A stretch of DNA of 62,970 nucleotides, filler included, from Reclinomonas americana ATCC 50394 (lineage: Eukaryota), in assembly GCA_048213135.1 (NCBI GenBank). It is 4 parts of 4 records of this genome, joined end to end, with 100 filler letters (N's around TTAATTAATTAA, not from the genome) between each part and the next. Parts side by side here need not be neighbours in the genome. Positions count along the whole stretch, not along the records: positions 28,812 to 54,573 come from AFZH01017328.1; positions 54,674 to 60,863 come from AFZH01017330.1; 2 more parts are not named here. One strand, 5' to 3'. The translations under genes were made by a program, and so were the position numbers. Under the pieces are notes generated by a model. The model saw nothing but the letters and a program-made list of their open reading frames with translations, searched no databases and was not told where the DNA came from. Positions within the stretch are counted from its first letter, which is position 1, and each line of letters begins with the position of its first letter. Shown here piece after piece: positions 44,188-58,329 of this stretch.

Positions 44188-46948
44188 TCAGCGCACGATC
44201 TCTGCTTCCACTGCCTCGCCACTGTTGCTGCTGCTGCTGCTGCTGGCTGATGACTTGGCGTCGCCAGGCGGCGATGGGGAGGCGGGTGGAGAAGTCGAGT
44301 CGCTGTTGCTCTTCAGAGCGAGCTCCATCAGCGTGTTCAGGCGGTCGACCATGGAGCGCGAGTTGTCCATCAGACCGGCCACAATCAGCGCATTGTCAAA
44401 CACCTTAGGGGGTGGGGGGGGGGGGATGGCGCACGCAGTGAGTCACGCGAATTCACGAAAAGTGGCGAGTGTTGTTTTTTGCTGGGCACACCTGCTCGAC
44501 GACGGTGCGAGCCAGCTCCGGCTTCGCGTCCTTGTTCTCGAAGAGGCCGACAATGACCGGGTGCGACGGGTTGAACTCGAGGCTCTGCATGCCAATGTCG
44601 GGAGCATTGTTGGAGTCCACCAGCTGCATCATGCGGCGATACGACGCGTTGACGTGGTCCACGACAATGGCCGGCGCAGTCACCAGGCGCTTGCTCGGCT
44701 GCGTGCGCACGAGTCAGACGATTGATGCAAACCGTATCACTTTTCCCCCCAGCTGCTGCGTTTCCCAACCTTGGCCACCATCACTCGATCGCTCAGCGTC
44801 GACTGGATCCAGGCGCCGAGCTCCTTCGCTTGTTCGGGGGTCAGTGAGCGCGCACCGGCACGGTCCGGCTCCACGGTGTCGGTCGGTGCCTCCGACGTCT
44901 CAATGTTGATGATCTTCCTGCTCCCGCGCCCCCGAGCACGTCAGCATATATACACCACCGCGCAGGCAAGCAATCGCCTCCATCAACGCAACTTGCCCAT
45001 GAACTCGCCCAGCGAGCTAAAGACAAAGTCGTCGGCCGACTGGTAGCTGAAAATCACCTCGGTGCCCTGGCGCTCAAACACCTCAAAGTACGGCGACTTG
45101 AGGGCGAATTCGCGGTTCGGGGCCAACAGGTAGTAAATGTCCTTTTGTGTTGCCGGCATGCGGTCGACATACGACTGCAGTGATCCGCGCTCCGCACTCT
45201 TGCTCGTCTCGTACCGCAGCAGCTTGGCAATGTCGCCCTTCACGTCGGGATCGGTCACCAGGCCCTCCTTCAGGAAGTTGCCAAACTCGTCAAAGAACGA
45301 CATGAACCACTCGGGACGGTTGCGTCCCTCCTGCACCACCACCACCACGGTGAGATGAAAAAGGAGAGCACGCCGGGTCAGTCGGTCACATGCATTTGCG
45401 TACCTCTTCGAGCCAGCGAATGATGCGCTTGGTGAGAATCGAGTTGAGCTTGCGGATGAGAACCGAGTCTTGGAGGTGTTCGCGGCTGAGGTTGAGTGGG
45501 AAATCGTCGCTGTCGACCACGCCCTTGACGAAGCGCAGCCAGTCGGGCAGAATGATCTTGCTGCGCGACTGAATCAACACGCGGCGCGAGTACAGCGACA
45601 CGCCCGACTCCATGCGACCCATGCCGAAGCGCTCCGAGTGACGCTGCGGAATGTAGAACACAGCCGAGATCATGAGCGGCACATCGGTCTGGAAGTGCAA
45701 GAAGCCGCGTGGCGTCTCGTCCTTGCCGGCGTGCGTCAGGAAGCGATAGAATTCCTCGTGCTCCGCCTCTGTCACACTGTGTGAAACGACGTGAGTTGAG
45801 AGAGCGAAAATGTCGGTCGGTCTCCTGCCAGACGCACCTCTTGCGATCGCGACGCCACAGCGCACCGACCGTGTTCACCTTTTCGCTATTGACCGTCACG
45901 GGGAAGCTGACAAAGTTGGAGTACTTGCGCACAATCTCCTCCACCACCATCTTGTTCGAGAACTGCTTGCAGTCGGGTCGAAGCTTGATTACGATCTTGG
46001 TGCCGGGTGCCACTCCCTCCGCCTTTGCAATCGTGTACTTGCCGGAGCTGCAGCGTGAGCGACGGGAGGTGAGTGGGCGACTGGTCGAGCAGTGCGATCG
46101 CCGACAATGGCAAAGGGGGGAAACAAACCCGTCGGACTCCCACACGTAGCCGGGACTGTCGGGATGGAAGCTCTTCGAGTAGACCGTCACATGCTCACCG
46201 ACCATGAACGACGAGTAGAAACCGACGCCAAACTGGCCAATGATCGCATCACCAGCCGAGGCCGCGGCCGCCGACGATCCCTCCTTGGACTCCTGCCGCA
46301 TCTTCTCGATGAAAGCGCGCGATCCGGAGCGCGCAATCGTGCCGAGATTGCTGACCAATTCCTCCTCCGTCATTCCCACGCCCGTATCGATAATCGTAAA
46401 CGTATTCAGCTTATCATCCAGTCGGATCGACACGCCCAGCTCCGACGGCACCTGATTCGTCTCGTGCTGCTGCGACAGGTATCGGAGCTTCTCCAGTGCA
46501 TCACTGGCATTGCTGACAAGCTCGCGAATAAACACTTCCTTGTCCGTGTACAGCGAGTTGGCCACAATGCGCAGCAGCTGCTGCGTCTCCGCCTGGAAGC
46601 GATGCTCCTGTGCCTCGCCTGCACACAAACCCGTTGTGTAAGCGCGCGGCATTGCGTCATGTGCGCGCACACACACACACACACAAAGACACACGCACCG
46701 ACTGCACGCTCGCTTGATGCTGTCGCTGCTGCTGTCGCTGCTGCATCATCCGTGCCTGCGCTGCCGGTCGACAGGAACATGCGCTGGAGTGCACTTTTAT
46801 GATAAGTTTACATATCAGTGACTTTTTTCGTGTTTTTTTCCTCACTCACCGCTGTGCATGCTCTTGCAGCAGTGAACAGGTGTGGCGATGAGGCCACACG
46901 TACGCACTGCAGTGCGCGCGTGAGGAACATCGTTTCTTGCGATTTCAT
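44188..46948 (-). CDS. TRAP1: Mitochondrial HSP90 (TRAP1/HSP75)
   Basis: FQAETQQLLRIVANSLYTDKEVFIRELVSNASDALEK, LGTIARSGS, IGQFGVGFYSSFMV, PLNLSRE and LEFNPSHP; Arg/Ser/Ala-rich presequence-like exon 1; no C-terminal MEEVD. Confidence 0.95.
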
Positions 46949-47392
46949 CGTTCAACCGATCGACCGCTCTTCCCTCTCTCTTGTGCGCCCGTTTGCGCCG
47001 CCAACTTCCCTCTGTGTGTCTGCATTCTGGGTTGTTGTGCGTTGTGTGTGTGTGTCTCTCTCTCTGTGTGTGCGTGAGTGACTGACACAGCGCACGCACG
47101 CGCGCGTTCGTGTGTGTGTGCGTGGTTTGTTGTCTGGCGCATTTCTGCACCACACAACACACACTTTGCCTTCGCACACGCGCGTTTCTTTCACCCCAAC
47201 TTTCTCGCTCTCTCGCTCTTGAACGCGCGCTTGTCGTGTGTGTTTGAGTGAGTGAGTGAGTGAGTGAGTTGAGAGACAGAAAAGGGCGGCATCTCACACA
47301 CTCACGCCCAACTTGCCGCACCCTCGCACCCACGCACACGCGCACATTCACTTGTGTGTTTCGTGTGAGTGAGTGAGCGAGTGTGTCGAAAC

Positions 47393-50300
47393 ATGGAGCG
47401 ACCCTCGTCAACATCGCATCCACCACCTCCACCACCACCTGCGTCGTCATCATCATCGCGACTGGTGGCTGGTCTCTTGAGTGGAAGCAGTGGTGCGCCT
47501 GAGCAGCGCAGACCGCACCCACCACCTCCACCTGTTCCTCCTGGTCAGCATCATCATCATCATCAGCAGCAGCAGCAGCACCAGCCGCCACCTGCTTCTG
47601 GGAGTGCGTCATTACACCAGAAGCCGTCGCAGCAGCAGCAGCAGCAGCCACCACCGAGAAGACCAGAGGGCGGCAGCTCCACGGCATCGCAGTTGATTGG
47701 CAGGTAACGTATGCGATTGATTTTTTCTGTTGTTATTTTGTCGAACCGAATGTACTGGGGGCTGGGGTGGGCGCGTTGGCCTTTCCCGTGTCGCCTTCTT
47801 TTTCTCACCGCCTTCGCTCTCTTGTCGTTGGTTGTTGGTCCTGTCTTACCCGCTCTGTGGTGGCTGTCACATGCTCTTGCAATCTCTTGGCCGAGGCAGC
47901 AGTCAGTGAGTGAGTGAGAGGAGATAGAGAGCGAGTGGAAAGAACTCCTTGTCGAGTCAGTCGAAAGAAGAAGAAAGGGATAAACCACACACTCAGTGAA
48001 TTCTGGAGGGATCCACTCCTCCCTTTCTTGTCTACTTTGCCAGTTTGTTTGTTTCCACGTTGTTTTTTCTGCGCTGAGTCGAGAGAGTGAGAAGATTGAA
48101 GAAACACTCCCTCCCGAAGAGAAAAGAAGCGTTCCAGACCAGTCTCCCTCCCCCCTCCCTTCTCCTCTCATTGTCCTGCGACAGTGACTGAATACGACTC
48201 TCTTGCATCTCTGCGCAGACCACCGCCGTCGTCGTCGACAGCTCGATCGCCACGACCGGCTGGCAGTGCCATTTCACCGGCGGCACCTGGCTCGCGACCA
48301 GCACCTCCGCCGTCGACGGGAACCGTGGTGCAGTCGAGACATGCGGCGGCATCTGCTGCTGCTGCCGCCGCCGCCGCTGCTTCAGCCTCGGCAGCAGGTG
48401 GATCGCCGGTTCCTGTTAATGGACTGCGCACCCTGCCACCTCTGTCGCGCTCGTGGATTTTCACACGAGCCGAGGTGGAGAGCTCGCCATCGCGTGGCTT
48501 CATGACGGCGGAGGAGGAGGCTAGGAAACGGCGGGAGATGGTCATGTTTATCGCTGAACTCGGGCACGAAATATCAGTGTTGCGTCACCCCGAATCCCTC
48601 GCCCGCGATGTTCGACACGATGGTCGCTCACCCCACATTGCCCGCCATCACATCCCCCTTTGTGTTTGCTGCTGCTGTCTTGGGTTTCGCCATCACAGCG
48701 CGCAGTTGCCAATCGCCACTGCCGTGGTGTACTTTCACCGGTTTTATATGATTCATCCTTTTCCGCGCAAGGAGAATGAGCCGAAGGCAGAGGTACTGCC
48801 AGTGATTTTTTCTGCACTCTGCGTGTTGCAATGTCGGCACTGACGGTGTGCATGCGTGCGTCCACCAGGACATTTGCATCACCTCTCTGTTTCTGAGCGC
48901 CAAGGTGGAGGAGACGGCACGCAACCTGAAGGATCTCATCGATGGTTCGCACACTATTCAGATGAAGCGCCTCGGACAGCCGCTGGTGGAGCTCACCCCC
49001 GACGAGCTGTACAACCGACGCAACAAGTACTTGAGACTGGAGCGGCTGTTGCTGCAGACCATCAGCTTTGACCTGCAGATCGACCACCCGTACAAGTTCC
49101 TCATTGACACGCTGAAGAGCAAGTTCAACGGTGAGAGCGCGCGCCTATCGACCCGCCCTCTCGCTCCTCTTGGCTCTCTTCGTTTCCCCCCTCCGCGCAT
49201 ATGTGTCCGTGTGTGTTATGCGTGGCCTTGAGTCTCCTCTGCGAATGAGTTGGAAAGCGCGGCACGCTGACCCTCCATGGTGGGCCTTGTTCCCTGTGTA
49301 ATAGGCGACAAGGCTTTCGCGCAAGTCGCGTGGAACTTTGTCAACGACAGCCTGCGGACCACGCTCTGCCTCGAGTACTCGGGTCAGCACGTGGCCTGTG
49401 GTGCCATTTACTTGGCCAGCAAGTTCATGAAGCGCGACATCAACATTACCGACATTGCGCCTCCCGACGTGACAGTGGACCAGATTGCCGGTGCGGGCGC
49501 TGCGTGTCGTCGTTTGTACGCGTCTTGCGATGTTGACTGACGATACTGGGGGTGCGGTTGACAGAGATCACGAAGCGAGTGCTGGACATGTACGAAGACA
49601 CCAAGGTGACGCACATGTCCTCCCGATTTGCCTCGCTGCCTCCTGTCACTGACTTTGCTCTTGTACAGAATCAGACTCAAGATGCGGCACCGGCGGCCTC
49701 TGGCTCTGCGCAGCCACCGCCACCTCGTCCAGCATCAAGTGTTCCCGCGTCATCATCGGCCATGTCACTGGAATCCATGGATGGTATAGAGACAATTGCT
49801 CCTGTCGCTCTCGATGTGCCGCCCGCTGACCCGTGTGTCTCAGTGGATGCGCCTCCACCGGCTGCACAAGCACCACCACTACCTCCACCACCACCGCAGC
49901 ATCCGCATCCGCCGCCACCACCACCACCTCCGCCGCCGGTCGTGTCACACCAACCACCGCCGTACCCGCCACCACCACCGCCACCGCCGCCGCCACCACC
50001 TCCTGTGGCAGCGCACCAGGCTCCACCACCGCCTCCGCCTCCGCCAGCAGCAGCACACCAGGCTCCGCTACCTCCACCGCCTCTGCCACCACCGCCACCA
50101 CCACCAATATCGGTGCCGAGTGGGAACGGTCCGGTAGCTGGTGGTGCCTCTGTGTTATCGCCGGACAGCTTTGGCAAGGGGTCGCATCGGAGCCTTGACG
50201 GGCCGTCGTCTGCCTCCAAGAGTGGAAGGTGAGTCGTCTGTTGCCTGCGAGTGGAGAGAGTCGTGGTTACAAACTGTGTGTGGCAGCGACAGTCGCGGAG

Positions 50301-50768
50301 GTCTGCTGTTGTCGGCGGGCAGTCGGCGATCTCGTTCTCCTGGATCGTACCACAGCTCGAGGAGTCCGCCGCACTCGCGCCAGCGCACCGAACGCGATCT
50401 ATCCCCACAACACAGGTCGCGCGGGTCGCCGTCGCGAGAGCACGGGCGACCTGACTACTCGCCTCGTCGTCGCTCTGGTGGCGGACATCACAGGTGCGTG
50501 TATGTGTCTGCACTTGATGCACATACGCCGGTGCCTAATGATGCGGTTCTTTTGCAGTCCCGATCGACGTCACCGCGGGTCGCCCAGCCGCGGCGATCGT
50601 GACTACCATCGCGACCGCGATCGCGACCGAGACCGCTACAGCGATCGTGAACGCGACAGGGATCGCGATAGAGACCGCGGGCGTGACCGTGGTTATGAGC
50701 GCGACCGTGACCGTGACCGCGATCGACATGGTCGGAGTGACCGTGGCGATGGCCGATCGCGAAGGTGA
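47393..50768 (+). CDS. Transcriptional cyclin (cyclin K/T family) with poly-Pro region and RD/RS-rich tail
   Basis: [58 protein letters not shown] and [15 protein letters not shown]; poly-Pro; RDRDRDR tail. Confidence 0.9.
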
Positions 50769-51239
50769 GAGATAAGAGTGTGTGTGCATTTTCTTCTCCA
50801 AGTGGTCTATGCTCATCGACTATTGTTGCAGAGACGAGCCTCTTCCACCGGGTGCCGTGCCGGCGGAACTCGGCGCCGCCGATTCTGGCATTAAGAGACC
50901 CACTTCTACACCACCGAGACCTCCAGAGGGCAACGGCAGTGTGGCCGCTGCGCCTGCTGGTGATATCAGTAGTTAGAGCTGCCCTGGTGACTTCACGCCT
51001 CGCTCCATGCTTGCTCCACACCCCCTCCTCCTTCTTCTTCTTCTTCTCCTTCTGCTGTTGTAATCGCACTCTCCTCCTCCTCGCCTGTTCTCTGTTTTTT
51101 TTACTAGTTATGGAGCGGTGGCTGCACCAGTGGCAGCGAATTTTTTTTGCGTGTTGACTACACAAACACTCGAAACCTCAGAAAAAGAACCTATAACCCC
51201 ACCAATACAGAAAAATTGCATTCCTTGTTTAACATTTGC

Positions 51240-54200
51240 TTATAATCTCTTGCCGGGAGTGGACTTGTACGAGATGTGACCGAAACGCAACAGCGCAGAC
51301 GAATCGCGCGAGAACGCCGAAACGAAGACACGGAAGGCCTCGTTGTGCAGTCCGGCATTCTGCAAGGCCAGGCCGAGATTGTTCAGGGCGAAAATGTCGC
51401 TCGGACACAGCTTGACCACGCGCTCCAGGTCATTCATCGCCTCCTCGTGACGGCACAGCTGCCGGAACACGCATGAGCGGTTGACCAGTGCATCGGTGAG
51501 GGTGGGGTCCAGGTTCAACGCCGCACTGTGTCCACTTGTCAGCATACACAATCACATCCTTTGCAAAGCACCACACATGCACAACGCAACGTGTAGTCAT
51601 TCAGAGCAGCCGAGCGCAGACCCAGTCTCTCCGCCACGTAGCCACTGCATGAGTCGAGCACACAACTGTCAGGCACGGCAGGAGGCGGAAGAGTAATGCG
51701 AAAGTGACAAACCGATACTTAAAGTACAGCGCACACTGTGGCTTGGCCGCAATGGCTTCGGTGTAGGCCGCGTACGCACTCTCAAAGTCACCAGTCTCCT
51801 CGAGCAGATACGCCCGCACAGCAAGGACACGCGGTTCCTTGACACCACGTCTGTGACGGTGCAACAGAAGGTGAGCGAGCGCACACAGTAATTGAGAGAC
51901 AAACAGGCAGACAACGAACCGCACAGCAGAGTCCACATAGTGCAGCGCGGACATTGAGTGCCCGAGTTGATGCTCGACCAGGGCCAGGGAGACCAGAGTG
52001 GAGACGTTGCTCTCGTCCAAATCGAGTGCAAGACGGAAGGAGATGGCGGCCTCCAGCAGCAAGTTGAGATCGGCCTCGATGTGACCGCGCATAATGAGAC
52101 CAAGCGCGTTGGTCTCCAGCTCGTCGCCGACAGCCTCCAAGTCCTGCAGCGCCAGCTCGCGATGCTTGAGTTCATAAAGCAGCGCGGCGCGCTTGATCAG
52201 TGACTTGGCACGCTTCGGGTTGTGCTGCACGGCCACATTGTAGGCCTCCAGAGCCTCGCCCAGACGACCGAGAATGCGGAGCGCATCACCACGGCCAATG
52301 GCCACGGTGGCGTTCGGGCGCAACTTGAACGCCAGCTGGAAGTCCTCGGCGGCCTTCTCCCACTCCTGCCGGGCGACACATACCCACGCGCGACCGGCGT
52401 AGGCCAGCTCGTGTGGTGTCAGCACGATGCTCTGCGAGTAGTCCTCGTAGGCGCGATCGAGCTCGCCACGTGAGTGCAGCGCACAGCCGCGGCACAGATA
52501 CGCCTTCCAGTAGGTGTCGTCCAGCTGAATGGCTTGCGTGTAGTCCGAAATCGCACCCTCCAAGTCACCAGCCTCCTCGCGGCACAGGCCACGGCACATC
52601 CACGGCGCCGGCACCGACGAGTCTGCCGCAATCGCGCGCTCACTGCACGGAAAAACCAAGGTCAGGGAAAGGAAAAAGATAAGGACAGCGAGACGATTTG
52701 GCACGCAACAATTGATCCACTGCCTCCTCGGTGCGATTCTCCTGCGAGGCAATGACGCCCAGCGTGAAATGCGCAGTGGCACAATTCGAGTCAATCAGGA
52801 GCGCCTCGTTGAGGATGGCACGCGCGTCTTGCCGCCTGTTCATCTGCTCCAGCAGCAGCGCCTTGTTGCAGAGCAGTGTGGTCGAGCGCGGCTCCAGTGC
52901 CAGCGCCTGGTTGTAGTCGGCAAGTGCGGCCGACTTGAGGCCCATCTGGTGCTGCAGTACTGCGCGGTGCGCCCACGCATCAACGCTGCGCGGCGACAGC
53001 TCCACAGACATGCTGTACGCCTCCAGCGCGGCATCGCGATTGCCGAGCTAGCATGGGAGGGGGACCATGTCAGTCGAACAGGAAACATGGAAGAGTGGGG
53101 AAGGGAAAGGAGGCTGGCGCCGTACCGCTTCTTCGGCGAGTCCAAGACCCAGTCGAGCCTCAAAGAGGCGCGGTTCCAGTGCCACGACCTTCTTGTAGTC
53201 GGTCTGTGCGAGCGCAAAGCGCGCCAGTCGGAAATGCAGCTCCGCGCGCAAAAACAGCACCTGCAGCAATGTCGTCAGCTTGAGGTGACGAGACAGACGG
53301 AGAAAGTCTATGGAGGGGAGTGGCACGCAACATCGCTCGATGGTCCATTCAATTCCACACTGCCGTTGAGATCAAAGATCGCCGCCTGCATGTGACCTGC
53401 AAACTCTCGCGTCAGCCGCCCAACAAGACTGAGCAGATGAAGAAAACCAAGACAGACCTTGCTGGACATGCAGCTTGGCTCGTTGCAGGGTGGCTCGCTT
53501 GGCCATCTCCGGTGACCGCTCAATCACCAACGACAGATCGGCAATCGCCTGCGACGAGAGACTTGAGTGAGACATTTGACTGCAGTCAAGACGAACAGAC
53601 AGAGAGAGAACGCACCGGCTTGGGACGTGACAGGCGAATGTACAGTTGCGCGCGGTTGTAGTGCGCCGCCACATCGGCGTCGTCCAACTCAATCGCTGTC
53701 GTGTAGCTGGCCAAGGCTGCCTCACTGTGTAGACGAAAAAAGTCAGATCCAAGCTGACGGCCGACTGAGGACGGCGGGGGCACGCAACATGAGACCGAGT
53801 CGGGTCTCCACCAGGCCAATGTTGAAGTGGCAGCACGCCAAGATCTGCGTCTCCTGGCTGGACTTGGCCGCCGCGCGGAAATCCGCCAGCGCCTCTTCGT
53901 ACTTTTCCAGACGCTCAAAGCACACTCCACGGGAGAAGCGCGCACGTGCGTTATCTGTGAGTGCAGGGTTCAGTTTCCGCACAACCACCATCAACCATCC
54001 GTCACGTGCAAGCACGCAACTCGGCTCATTCTCCAGCGCCTTGGTGTAGTCAAAGATGGCGTCCTTCAGTGCACCGCGCTTCTCACGCAGCGCGCCTCGC
54101 GCAAAGAATGCAGTGTCCGCGGCCTGCTTCTCGCCACTCGGAATCAAATCAATGGCTCGCGAGTAATCGTCTTCGGCCTGCGTGTCCTTGCCGAGCTGCG

Positions 54201-54380
54201 CGTACAGCGCAGCGCGTGTGGTGTACACGCGGAACTCGGTACGCGTAAACGCAGCGCAGCGCGTCAGCGACTCCACAGCGTCCTCCAGTTTGCCGAGACC
54301 CTGCTGCGCCACAGCTCGTGCGTAGTACGCGTCGGCGCAGCGTTCGTTGAGAACGAGAGCTTGCGCCGCATCGTCCATGG
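51240..54380 (-). CDS. Multi-TPR repeat protein, 5' end lost at the gap
   Basis: About 20 TPR-like 34-aa units, e.g. AYLCRGCALHSRGELDRAYEDYSQSIVLTP and AWAHRAVLQHQMGLKSAALADYNQALALEP. Confidence 0.9.
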
Positions 54381-54385
54381 CTACG

Positions 54386-54451
<66 letters not shown>

Positions 54452-54573
54452 CGTAGTAGTCGTACGTCGGCGGTCGGTACGAACGTAAAGTAAGAGGAAG
54501 GACGGTCCGTCCCTACCGAGTACACCACCTACCTACGTTGAGTACGTACGTTGGAGGAGTAGTAGGAGCGGTC

Positions 54574-54673
54574 NNNNNNNNNNNNNNNNNNNNNNNNNNN
54601 NNNNNNNNNNNNNNNNNTTAATTAATTAANNNNNNNNNNNNNNNNNNNNNNNNNNNNNNNNNNNNNNNNNNNN
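54574..54673. other. Scaffold gap with TTAATTAATTAA spacer
   Basis: 100-nt N block containing the spacer, flanked by low-quality TACG-rich sequence. Confidence 0.95.
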
Positions 54674-54755
54674 CGAACGACGACGACGACGACGTACGAC
54701 GACGTACGACGTACGTACGCGTACGACGTACGACGTACGACGACGACGAGTAGAC

Positions 54756-54812
<57 letters not shown>

Positions 54813-55049
54813 TGAGCGCGGAATCCTGTCCGTGGCTTTGTTTGGGTGCCGGCGGGCGGTGCGTGTATTTGTGTGCGTTTTTTTCCTTGTTGCAGATAAC
54901 AAGTGTAAAGTTGAAACTGGTGGTTGTTGTTCAAGTACGACTGGCTGCGCATGCATGAAGTTTGTTCTTGTTCATTCTCTCACGCGTGGCACGTAGACAT
55001 TTCGACAACGGAGTCATACGGCCGTCTTTTGCATCACCGCATCGCACAA

Positions 55050-58000
55050 CTACTTTTTCAGTTGGTGGCAGCTGCCAGCAACCGGTGCGAGCTGCACGGG
55101 GTGAGTGGAGAGGATGACGCTCTGCGTGCATTGTGTTGGTGAGTGGCAGTCACGTCACTGGTGGGAGGGGGGCAGCAAACGCAACGTGGCAGCAGAAGAT
55201 GGAGGAACCATGCTTGAAGCCGAAATCAGCGGGCTGCGAGATCCGGGGCATCTGTGAGCTTGCCTGCCTGTACACAGGTATACAAGGTGCGTGTATGTAT
55301 GTGCACGACTTACCGGGCAACCCTGCTTGCCAACGTACTCGGTCAGGTACTTGCCCGGGTGAACAATGGCATTCTGTGCGGGTGCGGGGTGAGTGCGTTT
55401 TTTGTGAGTGAGAGCCATTCTTATCTGCTACATCCAATCATTACTGACCTTGCCAGGCTGGCCCGCGGGTCCGCGCTTTCCAGCCTGCAGCAGTGCGGGG
55501 TGAGTGAACAGCGCGGTGAGCAAAGAGACAAGTGACACGTACGCACCGGTCCGCGATGGCCAATGGGACCCGCCGGGCCATCAGCACCTCGTGCGCCGCG
55601 CTTCCCGGCCAGCCCCTGCTTTCCTCGCGGTCCAGTCTGCATTGGGAGGAGGGAGGCATGAGCGGGACTGGCAGGAGTGGTGCAGATATGTAACGTGTCA
55701 CACACCTTGCCCTTCTCTCCATCCTTGCCGTTCTTGCCGCTCTTTCCAGCAGGGCCAGCCGGACCAGGGGTCTGGCCGTGGTGCGCAAGTGAGTCTCTCA
55801 TGGTGTTGGTCAGCAATCAAAACTGACTCTGAAACTCACGTTGTTGTCCTTGCCAGGTGGTCCACACGGTCCCGCAGATCCACTCTGCGGACGCACATCA
55901 TGAGGGCACACCGCAACGCTGCTTCACAAGACGACGGATTGTGTTGCAACCTTGCCCTTCTTGCCGTTCTTGCCAGCGGGTCCCGGCTTGCCAGGGTGGC
56001 CTTCCTGGAAATTGCACGCAAGTGAGTAATGGTGGTGACAGCGAGCTCGTTGGATCACGACCTGCACATACCGGACCAGCCTTGCCGAGCGGACCCTTCG
56101 GTCCCGGCTGTGCAGACACAGATGCAGGCGATGAGATGACAGAGGTAGACTCTTCACGGGTCTCAGCATCGGGCTGTACCTTGCCAGGATGGCCGTCCTT
56201 GCCGGGCTTGCCGTCGTGTCCGGGAGGTCCGGGTGTCTGCCAGCAAGAATTCAGTACGGCTTACTCGTGTGGCAGGGAGCGTGCAACAAGAGCAAGGTAC
56301 ACACACCTTGTTGTCCTTGCCGTTCTTACCCGCCGGTCCGCGTGGGCCAGCAGGTCCATCCTGCGTGCATGTTTCAGTTGCTCATGTGCCTCTTTTCATG
56401 ATTAGGGAGCCGAACGCCCCAACACACCTTGCCGGGCTTGCCATCCTTACCGGGCTTGCCATTCTGCCAGTACATGACTGTGAGTGGAACGAGCGACGAA
56501 CCACAGGCTCAAGGGCACACACACCGCTCCATCCTTGCCGGGTTTGCCCGGGTGACCGCGAGGGCCAGTCTGTTTCGTGATGTTAGTGGACGACACTTCT
56601 GGAAGTGAGGAGGTACGCGCGCGGCATACCTTTCCGTTCTTTCCCTCAGTACCCGGAGGTCCTCGTGGGCCAGCCGGACCGCGCTGGCGAAAACAAGAGA
56701 GACCTCACTCAGCACGGTGAAGTGACAAGGAACAATGACAACTTTAGATTCGATCACACCTTGCCGTCTTTGCCATCCTTTCCGTCCTTGCCCGGCTTTC
56801 CGCTCTTGCCTTTCTTGCCGGCCGGGCCGCGCGGACCCGTCTCCTGCGCAATGCAGAATGAGGCACATCAATACGCACGTAGTATGTGCAGAAAACGCAC
56901 AAGATTGTCCTTGCCCGGTTTGCCAGCCGGTCCAGCAGGTCCCGCCGGGCCAGTCTGCCCACACGAACTGTGAATCAGTCCGTGCGCACCAATCGCGAGG
57001 GGAATGCACGAACACGATGCGCGCACCTTGCCTCGCTTACCGCGCTTGCCGGACTTGCCGGGATGGCCATTCTTGCCCGGCTGTTGGAGTGTGCGCACGA
57101 ATTTAGGTTGTGTCCACGATCGACATACAGCAGGCACCGAATGCGCAAGGGGGACGTCGACGCAAACCTCGCCGTCCTTGCCGTCCAGCCCCTTTGGTCC
57201 TTGGGGTCCAGGCTTGCCGTCCTAGCAGTAGGATTGCTTCTGCGTCAGTCACAACTGCTTCTTGTGAGTGTGTGGAAGTGCAAGTGCATACCTTGCCGTT
57301 CTTGCCGTGCTTGCCGTTCTTGCCATTCTTGCCAGCGAGCCCACGAGCACCGGGCTGTGCAGTTATTCACACGGCGTGAGTGCGTGCGCGAGTGAGACAG
57401 GAACAAAGCAACGACCACAGCGTCACACCTCTCCATCCTTGCCCTTCTTTCCAGCAGGTCCTCGTGTGCCGGCCGGTCCACGCTACGCATGTAAACCGCA
57501 GGTAAGTAACAAGCACGGTCGGCGTGTTTGTAAGTGGGCAAGAAGGGCACCTTGCCGTCCTTGCCATTCTTGCCATTCTTGCCGCGAGGGCCAGTCTGCA
57601 GCAAGGAGGTCAGCAAGCGCTAAGCGGAATCAAGACTACACACACATACAAGTGGGAAGGCGCACCGTGCAATAATCTGTGCGAAGCACCTCACTGGTCA
57701 GGGACTCACGACCACCAAGAAACGCAGTGACGCATGTATACCTTTCTCGTTGTCGGCACTCTCGGAGAACTGGAACTCCTCCTCTTCGTCCTCCTCACTC
57801 TCTTCCTCTTCTTCCTCCACCTCGGTAGCTTCCTCGTTGTTCTCCTCCTCCTCTTCCTCCTCCTCCTCCTCCTGCTCCTCGACAAAAAAGTCTGCTGCCT
57901 CTTCGTCGATAGCAGACTCGTCCTCCTCGTCAAGCAAGTCGTCTTGCATATCCTCGTCGTCCACGAAAAGCTCCTCGTCCACTACATGAGATCAAAGAGA

Positions 58001-58329
58001 GTGTGAAACGGTGAACGCGCGAAAATGAAACGCATGTGTGCGCGGGAAAAAACGCCGCGGCACACTCTCGCTCTTCCGCTTCTCTGTGTGCGGTATTGCA
58101 CTCACCGTTGCTATCCATCACCGCGTCCTCGAACATCTCCGCTTCCATTGTTTCCGCCGATGCTGTGTCTGCAACAGTCGCGCGCGCGCGCGAGTGAGTG
58201 TGGAGCTTTCAAGGGTGGGGGCAGCGAGTTCTCAGAACCGGAGGCAGACGCACGAGCAAAGCAAGCCACACACGTGACAGCCAGCAATGCTAGCAAGAGC
58301 CCAAATGTTGCCACCTTGGAAGACAACAT
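55050..58329 (-). CDS. Secreted collagen-like protein B: signal peptide, Glu/Asp-rich domain, about 325-aa Gly-X-Y region, short Cys-containing C-terminal domain
   Basis: Signal MLSSKVATFGLLLALLAVTCVACFARASA; acidic exon 57741-57982; 11-nt microexon 57666-57676; 18 Gly-X-Y exons separated by phase-0 introns; C-terminal NAIVHPGKYLTEYVGKQGCP-PADFGFKHGSSIFCCH-SVILSTHPVQLAPVAGSCHQLKK*. Confidence 0.85.
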
